A stretch of DNA of 64,000 nucleotides from Escherichia coli. Lineage in GTDB: Bacteria; Pseudomonadota; Gammaproteobacteria; Enterobacterales; Enterobacteriaceae. The DNA lies in assembly GCF_044324875.1 (NCBI RefSeq), contig NZ_CP172185.1. One strand, 5' to 3'. A program made the translations under genes and the position numbers. Shown here in pieces: positions 35,715 to 47,644 of this stretch; position 1 is the stretch's first letter; the number at the start of each line of letters is the position of its first letter. Below the pieces are notes generated by a model. That model made no database searches, was not told the DNA's origin, and worked only from the letters and a program-made list of their open reading frames with translations.

Positions 35715-35790
35715 TGGTGCCCGGAGGCGGAATCGAACCACCGACACGGGGATTTTCAATCCCCTGCTCTACCGACTGAGCTATCCGGGC
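35715..35790 (-). tRNA. pheV: tRNA-Phe (GAA), pheV-type, with variant T-stem
   Basis: 76-nt cloverleaf GCCCGGATAGCTCAGTCGGTAGAGCAGGGGATTGAAAATCCCCGTGTCGGTGGTTCGATTCCGCCTCCGGGCACCA; anticodon GAA; located beside yqgA. Confidence 0.9.
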
Positions 35791-35895
35791 AACGGGGCGC
35801 ATTAAACCTGATTCGCCTCGTCTCGTCAATCAAATTTCTTCAATTTACTGCAGACTGCACAATCTATCATCACTTTGCCGCTAATGCACGCATTG

Positions 35896-36603
35896 TCAGG
35901 CAAACCAGGCGGTCCAGGCGGCGGAAAGCGGCATTGCCAGAAGGAGTGCTGGAAGCATGTTGACCACCGGGAACATTTTAATGCCACAGATGCGTAATCC
36001 GGTTGCCAGCAGCAATAAACCGCCTACGGCGCTGAAGTCTGCCATCATCGACGGTGTGGTCAGCGGTAATATCAGCGCGGCAGCCCACGCCAGCGTTAAC
36101 TGGATGATCAGTAATGGGATACTAATTACCGACACCGCAATACCCAACGAGCAGGCGAAGATCATCGCCGTAAAGAAATCGAGAAATGACTTGGCGATTA
36201 AAATACTCGGATCGCCGGTCATCCCTTCGTTCATCGCCCCGAAGATCCCGGTGCCGCTGGCGCAAAACAGGACAATAATCGCGACATAATTCTGAATAAA
36301 AGATTCATGCGCTGGCTTCTTACGTGAGTGGCGAAACAGATTTTGTGCTTTGGTGACCGCGGTATTGACGCCTTTTTCCAGCAGACAAATTTCGCCGATT
36401 AATGCACCGAGTAAGGTTGCTAACACCATCGCCGGAAGGTTGGCGCATTTCACCACCAGTAAAATACCAATCCCCAGCGATGCCAGACCAAAAATTGATG
36501 TCATGGAGACGCGGATACGTTCCGGTAAGCGTTGGCTAAGGAGTGCACCGAGAACGCCACCCAGTAATACTGCACTTGCGTTGATAAAAGGACCGATGAC
36601 CAC
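35896..36603 (-). CDS. yqgA: YqgA, DUF554 membrane protein
   Basis: ORF track 35896..36624; GTG at 36603 gives the 235-aa product I remember; ATG at 36624 is an alternative. Confidence 0.8.
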   Translation of the reverse strand: MVIGPFINASAVLLGGVLGALLSQRLPERIRVSMTSIFGLASLGIGILLVVKCANLPAMVLATLLGALIGEICLLEKGVNTAVTKAQNLFRHSRKKPAHESFIQNYVAIIVLFCASGTGIFGAMNEGMTGDPSILIAKSFLDFFTAMIFACSLGIAVSVISIPLLIIQLTLAWAAALILPLTTPSMMADFSAVGGLLLLATGLRICGIKMFPVVNMLPALLLAMPLSAAWTAWFA

Positions 36604-36995
36604 AAGAGTTCCTGTTAGCTGCATTGTCTGATTTTCTTATTATGAACGTTTGGCTCCTTCGATGGCTTGTTTGTTCGCAAAGTCCTGGCTTGCACGCTCT
36701 GCTGAAAGGTGCCATGATTGCGCGAATTTTCTCCTCTCTGTACGGAGTTTGCCCGATGCACGCCATCTCCTTACATTCTCTCGCTTATCGCCGTTTCGCG
36801 CGAAACTCCTCGCCTTTTCTGCTCATGCGGTGAAGTTAACGCACGCTCACTGCAGGACAACAGTAAAATCAGAGCGTTTCTGCTTTTACTGATGTCTGGC
36901 GGTCGGAGCTGGTGACCAGTTTGACCCATATCTCGTGGGGCAGGGTTTTTCACCTTGTCCGGTATTCTTACTTCCCCGAAACGGGTTTTGCGCTT

Positions 36996-39131
36996 ATGAA
37001 ATCAATGAATATTGCCGCCAGTAGTGAACTGGTATCCCGACTTTCTACTCATCGCCGCGTGGTGGCGTTGAGAGATACTGATTTTACGGACGTCGCGGCA
37101 GTCGTCATTACCGCTGCGGATAGCCGCAGTGGCATTCTTGCGTTGCTTAAGCGCACCGGTTTTCATCTACCGGTGTTTTTGTATTCCGAACATGTTGTTG
37201 AATTACCTGCGGGCGTTACGGCGGTAATCAACGGCAACGAGCAGCAGTGGCTGGAGCTGGAATCCGCAGCCTGTCAGTATGAAGAGAATTTGCTGCCACC
37301 GTTTTATGACACGCTGACGCAGTACGTTGAGATGGGCAACAGCACTTTTGCTTGCCCTGGACATCAACATGGTGCGTTCTTTAAAAAGCATCCTGCCGGA
37401 CGCCATTTTTACGATTTCTTTGGTGAGAACATCTTTCGCGCCGATATGTGTAACGCTGACGTAAAATTGGGCGATCTGCTTATTCATGAAGGATCGGCGA
37501 AAGATGCGCAGAAATTCGCAGCCAAAGTCTTTCATGCCGATAAAACCTATTTTGTCCTGAACGGCACATCGGCAGCGAATAAAGTGGTGACGAATGCGCT
37601 GTTAACGCGTGGCGATCTGGTGCTCTTCGACCGTAACAACCATAAGTCGAATCATCACGGTGCGCTGATTCAGGCGGGGGCGACGCCGGTTTATCTGGAA
37701 GCTTCACGTAACCCGTTTGGTTTCATTGGCGGTATTGATGCGCACTGTTTTAATGAAGAGTATCTGCGCCAGCAAATTCGCGACGTTGCGCCAGAAAAAG
37801 CTGAGTTGCCGCGCCCGTTTCGCCTGGCGATTATTCAGCTGGGAACCTATGACGGCACTGTCTATAACGCCCGCCAGGTGATCGATACCGTTGGGCATCT
37901 GTGTGATTACATTCTGTTTGATTCCGCGTGGGTCGGTTACGAACAATTTATACCGATGATGGCGGATAGCTCGCCGCTGCTGTTAGAACTTAACGAAAAC
38001 GATCCGGGGATTTTTGTGACCCAGTCGGTGCACAAACAGCAGGCGGGATTCTCACAGACGTCGCAGATCCATAAAAAAGATAACCATATCCGCGGACAGG
38101 CGCGTTTTTGCCCGCATAAGCGGTTGAATAATGCCTTTATGCTCCATGCTTCTACCAGCCCGTTCTATCCGCTGTTTGCTGCACTGGACGTTAACGCCAA
38201 AATTCATGAAGGGGAGAGTGGGCGTCGGCTGTGGGCGGAGTGCGTTGAGATAGGGATTGAAGCGCGCAAGGCTATTCTTGCGCACTGTAAGCTGTTCCGC
38301 CCGTTTATCCCGCCCGTTGTTGATGGCAAATTGTGGCAGGATTATCCGACGTCAGTGTTAGCCAGCGACCGCCGTTTTTTCAGTTTTGAGCCGGGGGCGA
38401 AGTGGCACGGCTTTGAAGGATATGCCGCGGATCAGTATTTTGTTGATCCGTGCAAGCTGTTACTCACTACACCAGGTATTAATGCCGAAACTGGCGAATA
38501 TAGCGACTTTGGCGTTCCGGCGACGATTCTGGCGCACTATCTGCGTGAGAACGGCATTGTGCCGGAGAAGTGCGATCTCAATTCCATTCTGTTCTTATTA
38601 ACGCCGGCGGAAAGCCACGAGAAGCTGGCACAACTGGTGGCGATGCTGGCGCAATTTGAACAGCATATTGAGGATGACTCACCGCTGGCTGAGGTGTTGC
38701 CGAGCGTTTATAACAAATATCCGGTGCGCTATCGCGACTACACCCTGCGCCAGTTGTGTCAGGAGATGCACGATCTGTATGTCAGTTTCGACGTCAAAGA
38801 CCTACAAAAAGCGATGTTCCGCCAGCAGAGTTTCCCGTCAGTGGTGATGAACCCCCAGGATGCGCATAGCGCTTATATTCGCGGTGAAGTGGAGTTGGTG
38901 CGGATTCGTGATGCCGAAGGGCGAATTGCGGCAGAAGGGGCGTTGCCTTATCCACCAGGCGTGCTTTGCGTGGTACCCGGAGAAGTCTGGGGTGGGGCGG
39001 TTCAACGTTATTTCCTTGCGCTGGAAGAAGGGGTGAATTTGTTGCCGGGATTTTCGCCGGAGCTGCAAGGTGTCTATAGCGAAACCGATGCAGATGGCAT
39101 GAAACGATTGTACGGTTATGTGTTGAAGTAA
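36996..39131 (+). CDS. speC: ornithine decarboxylase (constitutive)
   Basis: 711-aa product starting MKSMNIAASSELVSRL; near-identical to E. coli SpeC as I remember it. Confidence 0.92.
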   Translation: MKSMNIAASSELVSRLSTHRRVVALRDTDFTDVAAVVITAADSRSGILALLKRTGFHLPVFLYSEHVVELPAGVTAVINGNEQQWLELESAACQYEENLLPPFYDTLTQYVEMGNSTFACPGHQHGAFFKKHPAGRHFYDFFGENIFRADMCNADVKLGDLLIHEGSAKDAQKFAAKVFHADKTYFVLNGTSAANKVVTNALLTRGDLVLFDRNNHKSNHHGALIQAGATPVYLEASRNPFGFIGGIDAHCFNEEYLRQQIRDVAPEKAELPRPFRLAIIQLGTYDGTVYNARQVIDTVGHLCDYILFDSAWVGYEQFIPMMADSSPLLLELNENDPGIFVTQSVHKQQAGFSQTSQIHKKDNHIRGQARFCPHKRLNNAFMLHASTSPFYPLFAALDVNAKIHEGESGRRLWAECVEIGIEARKAILAHCKLFRPFIPPVVDGKLWQDYPTSVLASDRRFFSFEPGAKWHGFEGYAADQYFVDPCKLLLTTPGINAETGEYSDFGVPATILAHYLRENGIVPEKCDLNSILFLLTPAESHEKLAQLVAMLAQFEQHIEDDSPLAEVLPSVYNKYPVRYRDYTLRQLCQEMHDLYVSFDVKDLQKAMFRQQSFPSVVMNPQDAHSAYIRGEVELVRIRDAEGRIAAEGALPYPPGVLCVVPGEVWGGAVQRYFLALEEGVNLLPGFSPELQGVYSETDADGMKRLYGYVLK

Positions 39132-39134
39132 GAA

Positions 39135-39166
39135 AAAAACGGGTCACCTTCTGGCGACCCGTTTTT
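39135..39166. terminator. bidirectional intrinsic terminator between convergent speC and nupG
   Basis: AAAAACGGGTC-N10-GACCCGTTTTT hairpin flanked by A-run and T-run. Confidence 0.6.
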
Positions 39167-39176
39167 CTTTGCGTAA

Positions 39177-40433
39177 TTAGTGGCTCATCGTCTGTGTGCC
39201 TGTCGGGACACGAACGTGTTTATATTTGAACATCGCCATGAACGCGAAGGCCAGAACCACGGAGTAACCAGCGAAAATCAACCATACGGTCTGCCAGTCG
39301 GTAATGCCGTTTTGGGTGTACATCTCAACAACTTTACCGCTCACGATGCCGCCAAGGATACAGCCGAAGCCGTTAGTCATCATCAGGAACATCCCCTGCG
39401 CACTGGCGCGAATTGCCGGGCTAACTTCTTTTTCGACAAACACCGAACCAGAGATGTTGAAGAAGTCGAATGCGCAACCGTAAACGATCATCGACAGTAC
39501 CAGCAGCACGGTACCGAACGGAGTCGGGTCGCCGTAAGCAAACAGCGCAAAACGCAGGATCCACGCCACAATACTGATCATCATTACGTTCTTAATACCG
39601 TAGCGGCTTAAGAAGAACGGGATAGTCAGAATGAACAGGGTTTCAGAGATCTGCGAAATCGACATGATGATTGACGCATGCTGCACAATAAAGCTGCTGG
39701 CAAACATCGGATCTTTGTCGAAGCTGTGCAGGAAGGTATTACCGAACATGTTGGTAATCTGCAGTTCCGCGCCCAGCAGCATTGAGAAGATGAAGAAGAT
39801 TGCCATACGCTTGTTTTTAAACAGCGCGAATGCATCGAGGCCCAGCAGGGTTGTCCAGCTCTGATTCGCTTGCTGTTTAGCAACCGGAATATGCGGCAGA
39901 GTCAAGGTAAACAGAACCAGAATGGCGGAAAGTGCTGCGCCAATATACAGCTGCATGTGGCTTAATTCGAAGCCAGACAGGCTCACCACCCACATTGCCA
40001 TGATAAAGCCGATGGTGCCCCAGATACGGATTGGCGGGAAGTCAGTAACGATATCCATCCCGGCATTTTGCAGGCGATAGTAAGAGATGGTGTTGATTAA
40101 CCCAAGCGTTGGCATATAAGCAAACGAGTTAATCAATATCACAAGGAACATCGCCTCCGGCGTCGTGACCTGTGCCGCCATGAACAGCGTGATAGCGCCA
40201 ATGGTGTGGCAAATGGCATATACCCATTTCGCACTTAACCATTTGTCGGCCACAATCCCCAGCAGCGCAGGCATAAAGACCGCGGCGATACCCAGTGAAC
40301 TATAAACTGCGCCAATAGAAGCACCGTCAAACTTCAGGGTAACAAACATATAGGAGCCGAGGGTCGTCAGCCAACTTCCCCACAGACAGAACTGCAGAAA
40401 AGAGAGGATTTTCAGCTGCAGCTTAAGATTCAT
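39177..40433 (-). CDS. nupG: nucleoside:H+ symporter
   Basis: 418-aa product starting MNLKLQLKILSF. Confidence 0.92.
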   Translation of the reverse strand: MNLKLQLKILSFLQFCLWGSWLTTLGSYMFVTLKFDGASIGAVYSSLGIAAVFMPALLGIVADKWLSAKWVYAICHTIGAITLFMAAQVTTPEAMFLVILINSFAYMPTLGLINTISYYRLQNAGMDIVTDFPPIRIWGTIGFIMAMWVVSLSGFELSHMQLYIGAALSAILVLFTLTLPHIPVAKQQANQSWTTLLGLDAFALFKNKRMAIFFIFSMLLGAELQITNMFGNTFLHSFDKDPMFASSFIVQHASIIMSISQISETLFILTIPFFLSRYGIKNVMMISIVAWILRFALFAYGDPTPFGTVLLVLSMIVYGCAFDFFNISGSVFVEKEVSPAIRASAQGMFLMMTNGFGCILGGIVSGKVVEMYTQNGITDWQTVWLIFAGYSVVLAFAFMAMFKYKHVRVPTGTQTMSH

Positions 40434-40634
40434 GTTAATTTCCTCACATCGTGATGCGGATGAGTGTTTGAAAAAGCACATTTGACCGTGCGAGATGATG
40501 GGATTCTATCAACTTCGCGGACTGTTTTTTTGTTACCTGCGGCAAATAATTGCAAACATTCCCAATTTGCAAAACGAAATTGTGATGCGGATAACATTTT
40601 TGCCCCTGAGCATCGTCAGGGGCGGTTAGTGGAA

Positions 40635-41741
<1,107 letters not shown>

Positions 41742-41778
41742 TTATGCAAGTTGCCGGAGGCGTGCTCCGGCACTGTTT

Positions 41779-42057
<279 letters not shown>

Positions 42058-42081
42058 TCATCCTCTTTATCGACTCACGCG

Positions 42082-43134
42082 CTAAACCGGCGCGCCAGTG
42101 CGTAACTGCTGTAACAAACGCTCCACGGGAGCCGCCAGGCCAACTGACGGCGGTTGCGCTAAGTTATACCAGAGCGCATTGCCTTCATCCATGCAGCCGG
42201 TGAATGACGACACGGGAAGCCACATAGGCACAATATCTAAGTGGAAATGGCTGAAGGTATGCCGAAACGCAGTCAGCTGCGTCAGGTTATCGGCAGAAAT
42301 CTGTCGTTGCGCCAGCCACTGCCGCAAACTTTCTTCATCGGCAAACTGCGGGAAACAGTATAAACCGCCCCACAATCCGCTCGGCGGACGCTGCGCCAGC
42401 AATACTTCATCTTCGTGCTGTAACAGCAAAAAGTAGCCGGTGCGCTCTGGCAGCGTCTGTTTCGGTTTTTTGCCCGGATAAAGCGACCAGCTATTGTTGG
42501 CGGCGGCAATACATCCGTTTTGTAGCGGACAGAGCGAACATTTCGGCTTAGAGCGCGTACAAATCATCGCGCCCAAATCCATCATCGCCTGATTAAACCG
42601 TTCCACGCCAACCGCGGGCGTCACCTGCTCGCTCAAACTCCATAGTTTATTCTCGACCTCTTTTTTCCCAGGCCAGCCGCTTACAGCATAGCAGCGCGCC
42701 AGCACCCGTTTGACGTTACCGTCGAGAATCGGAAAGTGCTTACCCAGAGAAAGCGAGAGAATCGCGCCGGCGGTGGAACGCCCGACGCCCGGTAACGCCG
42801 CGACTTCTTCAAAGGTTTCCGGGAATTTACCGCTGTGTAAGGTGGCCACTTGCTGTGCCGCTTTATGCAGATTGCGCGCGCGGGCGTAATAGCCAAGCCC
42901 GGTCCACAAGTGGAGAACTTCATCCAGCGGTGCATTGGCGAGATCGGTCACCGTCGGGAAGCGCGCCATAAAGCGTTCAAAATAGGGGATAACGGTCGCA
43001 ACCTGAGTTTGTTGCAACATCACTTCTGAGAGCCATACTTTGTAGGGCGTCTTGTCAATTTGCCAGGGCAGAGTTTTTCGCCCGTATTTACCGTACCAGT
43101 CCAGAACCTGGGCTGAAAATTGCGACGCTTGCAT
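42082..43134 (-). CDS. mutY: adenine DNA glycosylase
   Basis: 350-aa product from [17 protein letters not shown] track start 43164 is over-extended. Confidence 0.92.
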   Translation of the reverse strand: MQASQFSAQVLDWYGKYGRKTLPWQIDKTPYKVWLSEVMLQQTQVATVIPYFERFMARFPTVTDLANAPLDEVLHLWTGLGYYARARNLHKAAQQVATLHSGKFPETFEEVAALPGVGRSTAGAILSLSLGKHFPILDGNVKRVLARCYAVSGWPGKKEVENKLWSLSEQVTPAVGVERFNQAMMDLGAMICTRSKPKCSLCPLQNGCIAAANNSWSLYPGKKPKQTLPERTGYFLLLQHEDEVLLAQRPPSGLWGGLYCFPQFADEESLRQWLAQRQISADNLTQLTAFRHTFSHFHLDIVPMWLPVSSFTGCMDEGNALWYNLAQPPSVGLAAPVERLLQQLRTGAPV

Positions 43135-43294
43135 GGTCACCGAATTCACTGTTGTTGGGGGCAAGATTGCAGCACAGCGACGGCAGGGTGTAAACCGGAA
43201 CTTTCCGCAGCCACGGCCTTATCATGCTTGCATCCGGCAACTAACTTTGGATAATGCCCGTTTTCAGAACACTTTCACAAGCGACTAAATCTTT

Positions 43295-44014
43295 ATGAAA
43301 AACGACGTCATCTCACCGGAATTTGATGAAAACGGCCGCCCACTGCGCCGTATCCGTAGTTTTGTGCGCCGCCAGGGGCGACTGACCAAAGGCCAGGAAC
43401 ATGCGCTGGAAAACTACTGGCCGGTGATGGGCGTTGAGTTCAGCGAAGATATGCTGGATTTCCCTGCGCTTTTTGGCCGTGAAGCGCCGGTGACGCTTGA
43501 GATTGGTTTCGGCATGGGGGCGTCGCTGGTGGCAATGGCTAAAGATCGCCCCGAGCAGGACTTCCTCGGCATTGAAGTGCATTCACCGGGCGTTGGTGCG
43601 TGCCTGGCTTCTGCGCATGAAGAGGGCTTAAGCAACCTGCGCGTGATGTGTCACGATGCGGTTGAAGTGCTGCATAAAATGATTCCTGACAATTCATTGC
43701 GCATGGTGCAGCTCTTTTTCCCTGACCCGTGGCACAAAGCGCGCCATAATAAACGCCGTATCGTTCAGGTGCCGTTTGCCGAACTGGTAAAAAGCAAACT
43801 GCAACTGGGGGGCGTATTCCATATGGCGACCGACTGGGAACCTTATGCGGAACATATGCTTGAAGTGATGTCTTCTATTGACGGGTATAAAAACCTGTCA
43901 GAGAGCAATGATTACGTACCGCGTCCGGCATCACGTCCGGTGACGAAATTTGAACAACGTGGTCATCGTCTTGGTCACGGAGTATGGGACTTAATGTTCG
44001 AGAGGGTGAAATAA
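43295..44014 (+). CDS. trmB: tRNA (guanine46-N7)-methyltransferase
   Basis: 239 aa. Confidence 0.92.
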   Translation: MKNDVISPEFDENGRPLRRIRSFVRRQGRLTKGQEHALENYWPVMGVEFSEDMLDFPALFGREAPVTLEIGFGMGASLVAMAKDRPEQDFLGIEVHSPGVGACLASAHEEGLSNLRVMCHDAVEVLHKMIPDNSLRMVQLFFPDPWHKARHNKRRIVQVPFAELVKSKLQLGGVFHMATDWEPYAEHMLEVMSSIDGYKNLSESNDYVPRPASRPVTKFEQRGHRLGHGVWDLMFERVK

Positions 44015-44340
44015 TGGCAAAGAACCGTAGCCGTCGTCTGCGTAAAAAAATGCACATCGACGAATTCCAGGAATTAGGATTTTCGGTGGCATGGCGATTC
44101 CCGGAAGGTACATCGGAAGAACAGATTGATAAAACCGTTGATGACTTTATTAACGAGGTTATCGAACCGAACAAACTGGCCTTTGACGGCAGCGGTTATC
44201 TGGCCTGGGAAGGTCTAATCTGCATGCAGGAAATCGGCAAATGCACCGAAGAACATCAGGCGATTGTGCGTAAGTGGCTGGAAGAGCGCAAACTGGGCGA
44301 GGTACGCACCAGCGAACTTTTCGACGTTTGGTGGGACTAA
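44014..44340 (+). CDS. yggL: YggL (DUF469)
   Basis: 108 aa from [14 protein letters not shown]; start overlaps the trmB stop. Confidence 0.88.
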   Translation: MAKNRSRRLRKKMHIDEFQELGFSVAWRFPEGTSEEQIDKTVDDFINEVIEPNKLAFDGSGYLAWEGLICMQEIGKCTEEHQAIVRKWLEERKLGEVRTSELFDVWWD

Positions 44341-44375
44341 GAAAGCATACGGGCGATGACAAATGCAAAACTGTC

Positions 44376-44452
<77 letters not shown>

Positions 44453-44523
44453 TGGATGACATGTACTTTGTTATCAATCTGGGGCCAGCAAATGCTGGCC
44501 TGATTTGTTCTTGAGGGAAGACT

Positions 44524-45243
44524 ATGATGCGCAAAATGCTGCTGGCGGCAGCACTTTCAGTGACGGCGATGACCGCTCACGCCGACTACCAGTGCAGCGT
44601 CACGCCGCGTGACGATGTGATTGTCAGCCCGCAAACCGTGCAGGTGAAGGGCGAAAACGGCAATCTGGTGATCACGCCAGACGGCAACGTGATGTATAAC
44701 GGTAAGCAATATTCCCTGAATGCCGCCCAGCGCGAGCAGGCGAAGGATTATCAGGCTGAACTGCGTAGCACGCTGCCGTGGATTGATGAAGGTGCGAAAA
44801 GCCGCGTCGAGAAAGCCCGTATTGCGCTGGATAAAATTATCGTTCAGGAGATGGGCGAAAGCAGCAAAATGCGCAGCCGTCTGACCAAACTTGATGCGCA
44901 GCTGAAAGAGCAGATGAACCGCATTATCGAAACGCGCAGCGATGGCCTGACGTTTCACTATAAAGCCATTGATCAGGTTCGCGCCGAAGGCCAGCAATTA
45001 GTGAATCAGGCAATGGGCGGAATTTTACAGGACAGCATTAATGAAATGGGCGCGAAAGCGGTGCTGAAAAGCGGCGGTAACCCATTACAGAATGTGCTGG
45101 GAAGCCTGGGCGGTCTGCAATCCTCAATCCAAACCGAATGGAAAAAGCAGGAAAAAGATTTCCAACAGTTTGGCAAAGATGTTTGTAGCCGCGTTGTGAC
45201 TCTGGAAGATAGCCGCAAAGCCCTGGTCGGGAATTTAAAATAA
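44524..45243 (+). CDS. yggN: YggN (DUF2884), periplasmic
   Basis: 239 aa with signal peptide. Confidence 0.88.
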   Translation: MMRKMLLAAALSVTAMTAHADYQCSVTPRDDVIVSPQTVQVKGENGNLVITPDGNVMYNGKQYSLNAAQREQAKDYQAELRSTLPWIDEGAKSRVEKARIALDKIIVQEMGESSKMRSRLTKLDAQLKEQMNRIIETRSDGLTFHYKAIDQVRAEGQQLVNQAMGGILQDSINEMGAKAVLKSGGNPLQNVLGSLGGLQSSIQTEWKKQEKDFQQFGKDVCSRVVTLEDSRKALVGNLK

Positions 45244-45258
45244 TCCTCTATTTTAAGA

Positions 45259-45288
45259 CGGCATAATACTTTTTTATGCCGTTTAATT
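45259..45288 (+). terminator. candidate intrinsic terminator after yggN
   Basis: CGGCATAA-N7-TTATGCCG followed by a T-rich run. Confidence 0.45.
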
Positions 45289-45418
45289 CTTCGTTTTGTT
45301 ACCTGCCTCTAACTTTGTAGATCTCCAAAATATATTCACGTTGTAAATTGTTTAACGTCAAATTTCCCATACAAAGCTAAGGGATAATGCGTAGCGTTCA
45401 CGTAACTGGAGGAATGAA

Positions 45419-46465
45419 ATGGAGTTTTTCAAAAAGACGGCACTTGCCGCACTGGTTATGGGTTTTAGTGGTGCAGCATTGGCATTACCCAATATCACCA
45501 TTTTAGCAACCGGCGGGACCATTGCCGGTGGTGGTGACTCCGCAACCAAATCTAACTACACAGCGGGTAAAGTTGGCGTAGAAAATCTGGTTAATGCGGT
45601 GCCGCAACTGAAGGACATTGCGAACGTTAAAGGCGAGCAGGTAGTGAATATCGGCTCCCAGGACATGAACGATAATGTCTGGCTGACACTGGCGAAAAAA
45701 ATTAACACCGACTGCGATAAAACCGACGGCTTCGTCATTACCCACGGTACCGACACGATGGAAGAAACCGCTTACTTCCTCGACCTGACGGTGAAATGCG
45801 ACAAACCGGTGGTGATGGTCGGCGCAATGCGCCCGTCCACGTCCATGAGCGCAGACGGTCCATTCAACCTGTATAACGCGGTAGTGACCGCAGCTGATAA
45901 AGCCTCCGCTAATCGTGGCGTGCTGGTGGTAATGAACGACACCGTACTGGACGGTCGCGATGTCACCAAAACCAATACCACCGACGTAGCGACCTTCAAG
46001 TCTGTTAACTACGGTCCTCTGGGATACATTCACAACGGTAAGATTGACTACCAACGTACCCCGGCACGTAAGCACACCAGCGATACGCCGTTCGATATCT
46101 CTAAGCTGAATGAGCTGCCGAAAGTCGGCATCGTTTATAACTACGCTAACGCATCCGATCTTCCGGCTAAAGCACTGGTAGATGCGGGCTATGATGGCAT
46201 CGTTAGCGCTGGTGTGGGTAATGGTAACCTGTATAAATCCGTGTTCGACACCCTTGCAACCGCCGCGAAAAACGGCACTGCAGTAGTGCGTTCTTCCCGC
46301 GTACCGACGGGCGCTACCACTCAGGATGCCGAAGTGGATGATGCGAAATACGGCTTCGTCGCCTCTGGCACGCTGAACCCGCAAAAAGCGCGCGTCCTGC
46401 TGCAGCTGGCTCTGACGCAAACCAAAGATCCGCAGCAGATCCAGCAGATCTTCAATCAGTACTAA
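45419..46465 (+). CDS. ansB: L-asparaginase 2 (periplasmic)
   Basis: 348 aa; TGGTIAG motif. Confidence 0.93.
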   Translation: MEFFKKTALAALVMGFSGAALALPNITILATGGTIAGGGDSATKSNYTAGKVGVENLVNAVPQLKDIANVKGEQVVNIGSQDMNDNVWLTLAKKINTDCDKTDGFVITHGTDTMEETAYFLDLTVKCDKPVVMVGAMRPSTSMSADGPFNLYNAVVTAADKASANRGVLVVMNDTVLDGRDVTKTNTTDVATFKSVNYGPLGYIHNGKIDYQRTPARKHTSDTPFDISKLNELPKVGIVYNYANASDLPAKALVDAGYDGIVSAGVGNGNLYKSVFDTLATAAKNGTAVVRSSRVPTGATTQDAEVDDAKYGFVASGTLNPQKARVLLQLALTQTKDPQQIQQIFNQY

Positions 46466-46472
46466 TCACCTC

Positions 46473-46498
46473 GCCCCGGTAACGTGCCGGGGCTTTTT
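46473..46498 (+). terminator. intrinsic terminator after ansB
   Basis: GCCCCGG-N7-CCGGGGC followed by TTTTT. Confidence 0.65.
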
Positions 46499-46581
46499 CA
46501 CTTCAGACTTACGTCCATTGCCAATTTTCATCACCCTAATGATAATCACCAGAATAAATTATTCCGCGCGAGGGTTTTCGG

Positions 46582-47589
46582 GTGAAAAAGCAATGGATTG
46601 TTGGCACGGCGCTGATTATGTTGATGACTGGTAATGTCTGGGCAGATGGCGAACCGCCAACTGAAAATATCTTAAAAGATCAATTCAAAAAGCAGTATCA
46701 CGGCATTCTCAAGCTTGATGCTATCAGCTTAAAAAATCTTGATGCTAAGGGTAATCAGGCCACCTGGTCAGCGGAAGGCGATGTCTCTTCCAGTGACGAT
46801 CTCTATACCTGGGTCGGTCAGTTGGCAGATTACGAACTGCTCGAACAGACCTGGACGAAAGATAAACCGGTAAAATTCTCGGCGATGTTAACCAGTAAAG
46901 GAACGCCCGCGTCTGGCTGGTCGGTGAACTTTTACTCTTTTCAGGCGGCAGCCAGCGATCGTGGGCGGGTGGTCGACGATATCAAAACGAATAATAAATA
47001 TCTGATCGTGAATAGCGAAGATTTCAATTATCGCTTTAGTCAGCTTGAGTCTGCGTTGAATAACCAGAAGAACTCGATTCCTGCGCTGGAAAAGGAAGTG
47101 AAAGCGCTTGATAAGCAAATGGTGGCGGCGCAGAAAGCAGCGGATGCATATTGGGGAAAAGATGCAAACGGTAAGCAAATGACCCGCGAAGACGCCTTTA
47201 AAAAAATTCACCAACAGCGTGATGAGTTTAATAAACAGAACGATAGCGAGGCGTTCGCGGTTAAATATGACAAAGAGGTTTATCAACCGGCGATTGCGGC
47301 ATGTCATAAACAGAGTGCAGAGTGTTATGAAGTGCCGATTCAGCAGAAGCGAGATTTCGATATCAACGAACAACGGCGACAGACTTTTCTGCAATCACAA
47401 AAACTTAGCCGTAAATTGCAGGATGACTGGATAACGCTCGAAAAAGGGCAATATCCGTTAACGATGAAAGTTTCAGAAATAAACAGTAAAAAAGTCGCTA
47501 TTTTGATGAAAATTGATGATATCAACCAGGCTAATGAACGCTGGAAAAAAGATACCGAACAACTGCGGCGCAATGGAGTGATTAAGTAA
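46582..47589 (+). CDS. yggM: YggM (DUF1202), periplasmic
   Basis: 335 aa; GTG start; signal peptide. Confidence 0.85.
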   Translation: MKKQWIVGTALIMLMTGNVWADGEPPTENILKDQFKKQYHGILKLDAISLKNLDAKGNQATWSAEGDVSSSDDLYTWVGQLADYELLEQTWTKDKPVKFSAMLTSKGTPASGWSVNFYSFQAAASDRGRVVDDIKTNNKYLIVNSEDFNYRFSQLESALNNQKNSIPALEKEVKALDKQMVAAQKAADAYWGKDANGKQMTREDAFKKIHQQRDEFNKQNDSEAFAVKYDKEVYQPAIAACHKQSAECYEVPIQQKRDFDINEQRRQTFLQSQKLSRKLQDDWITLEKGQYPLTMKVSEINSKKVAILMKIDDINQANERWKKDTEQLRRNGVIK

Positions 47590-47644
47590 CTCATGTTAAG
47601 TACCTTTGCCGGATAATATAAAAAGTTATCCGGCAAATTATTTT

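Noticed and set aside
45503-46420. 305-aa minus-strand ORF overlapping ansB
   Set aside because: ansB on the plus strand is unambiguous; this is an antisense shadow ORF.
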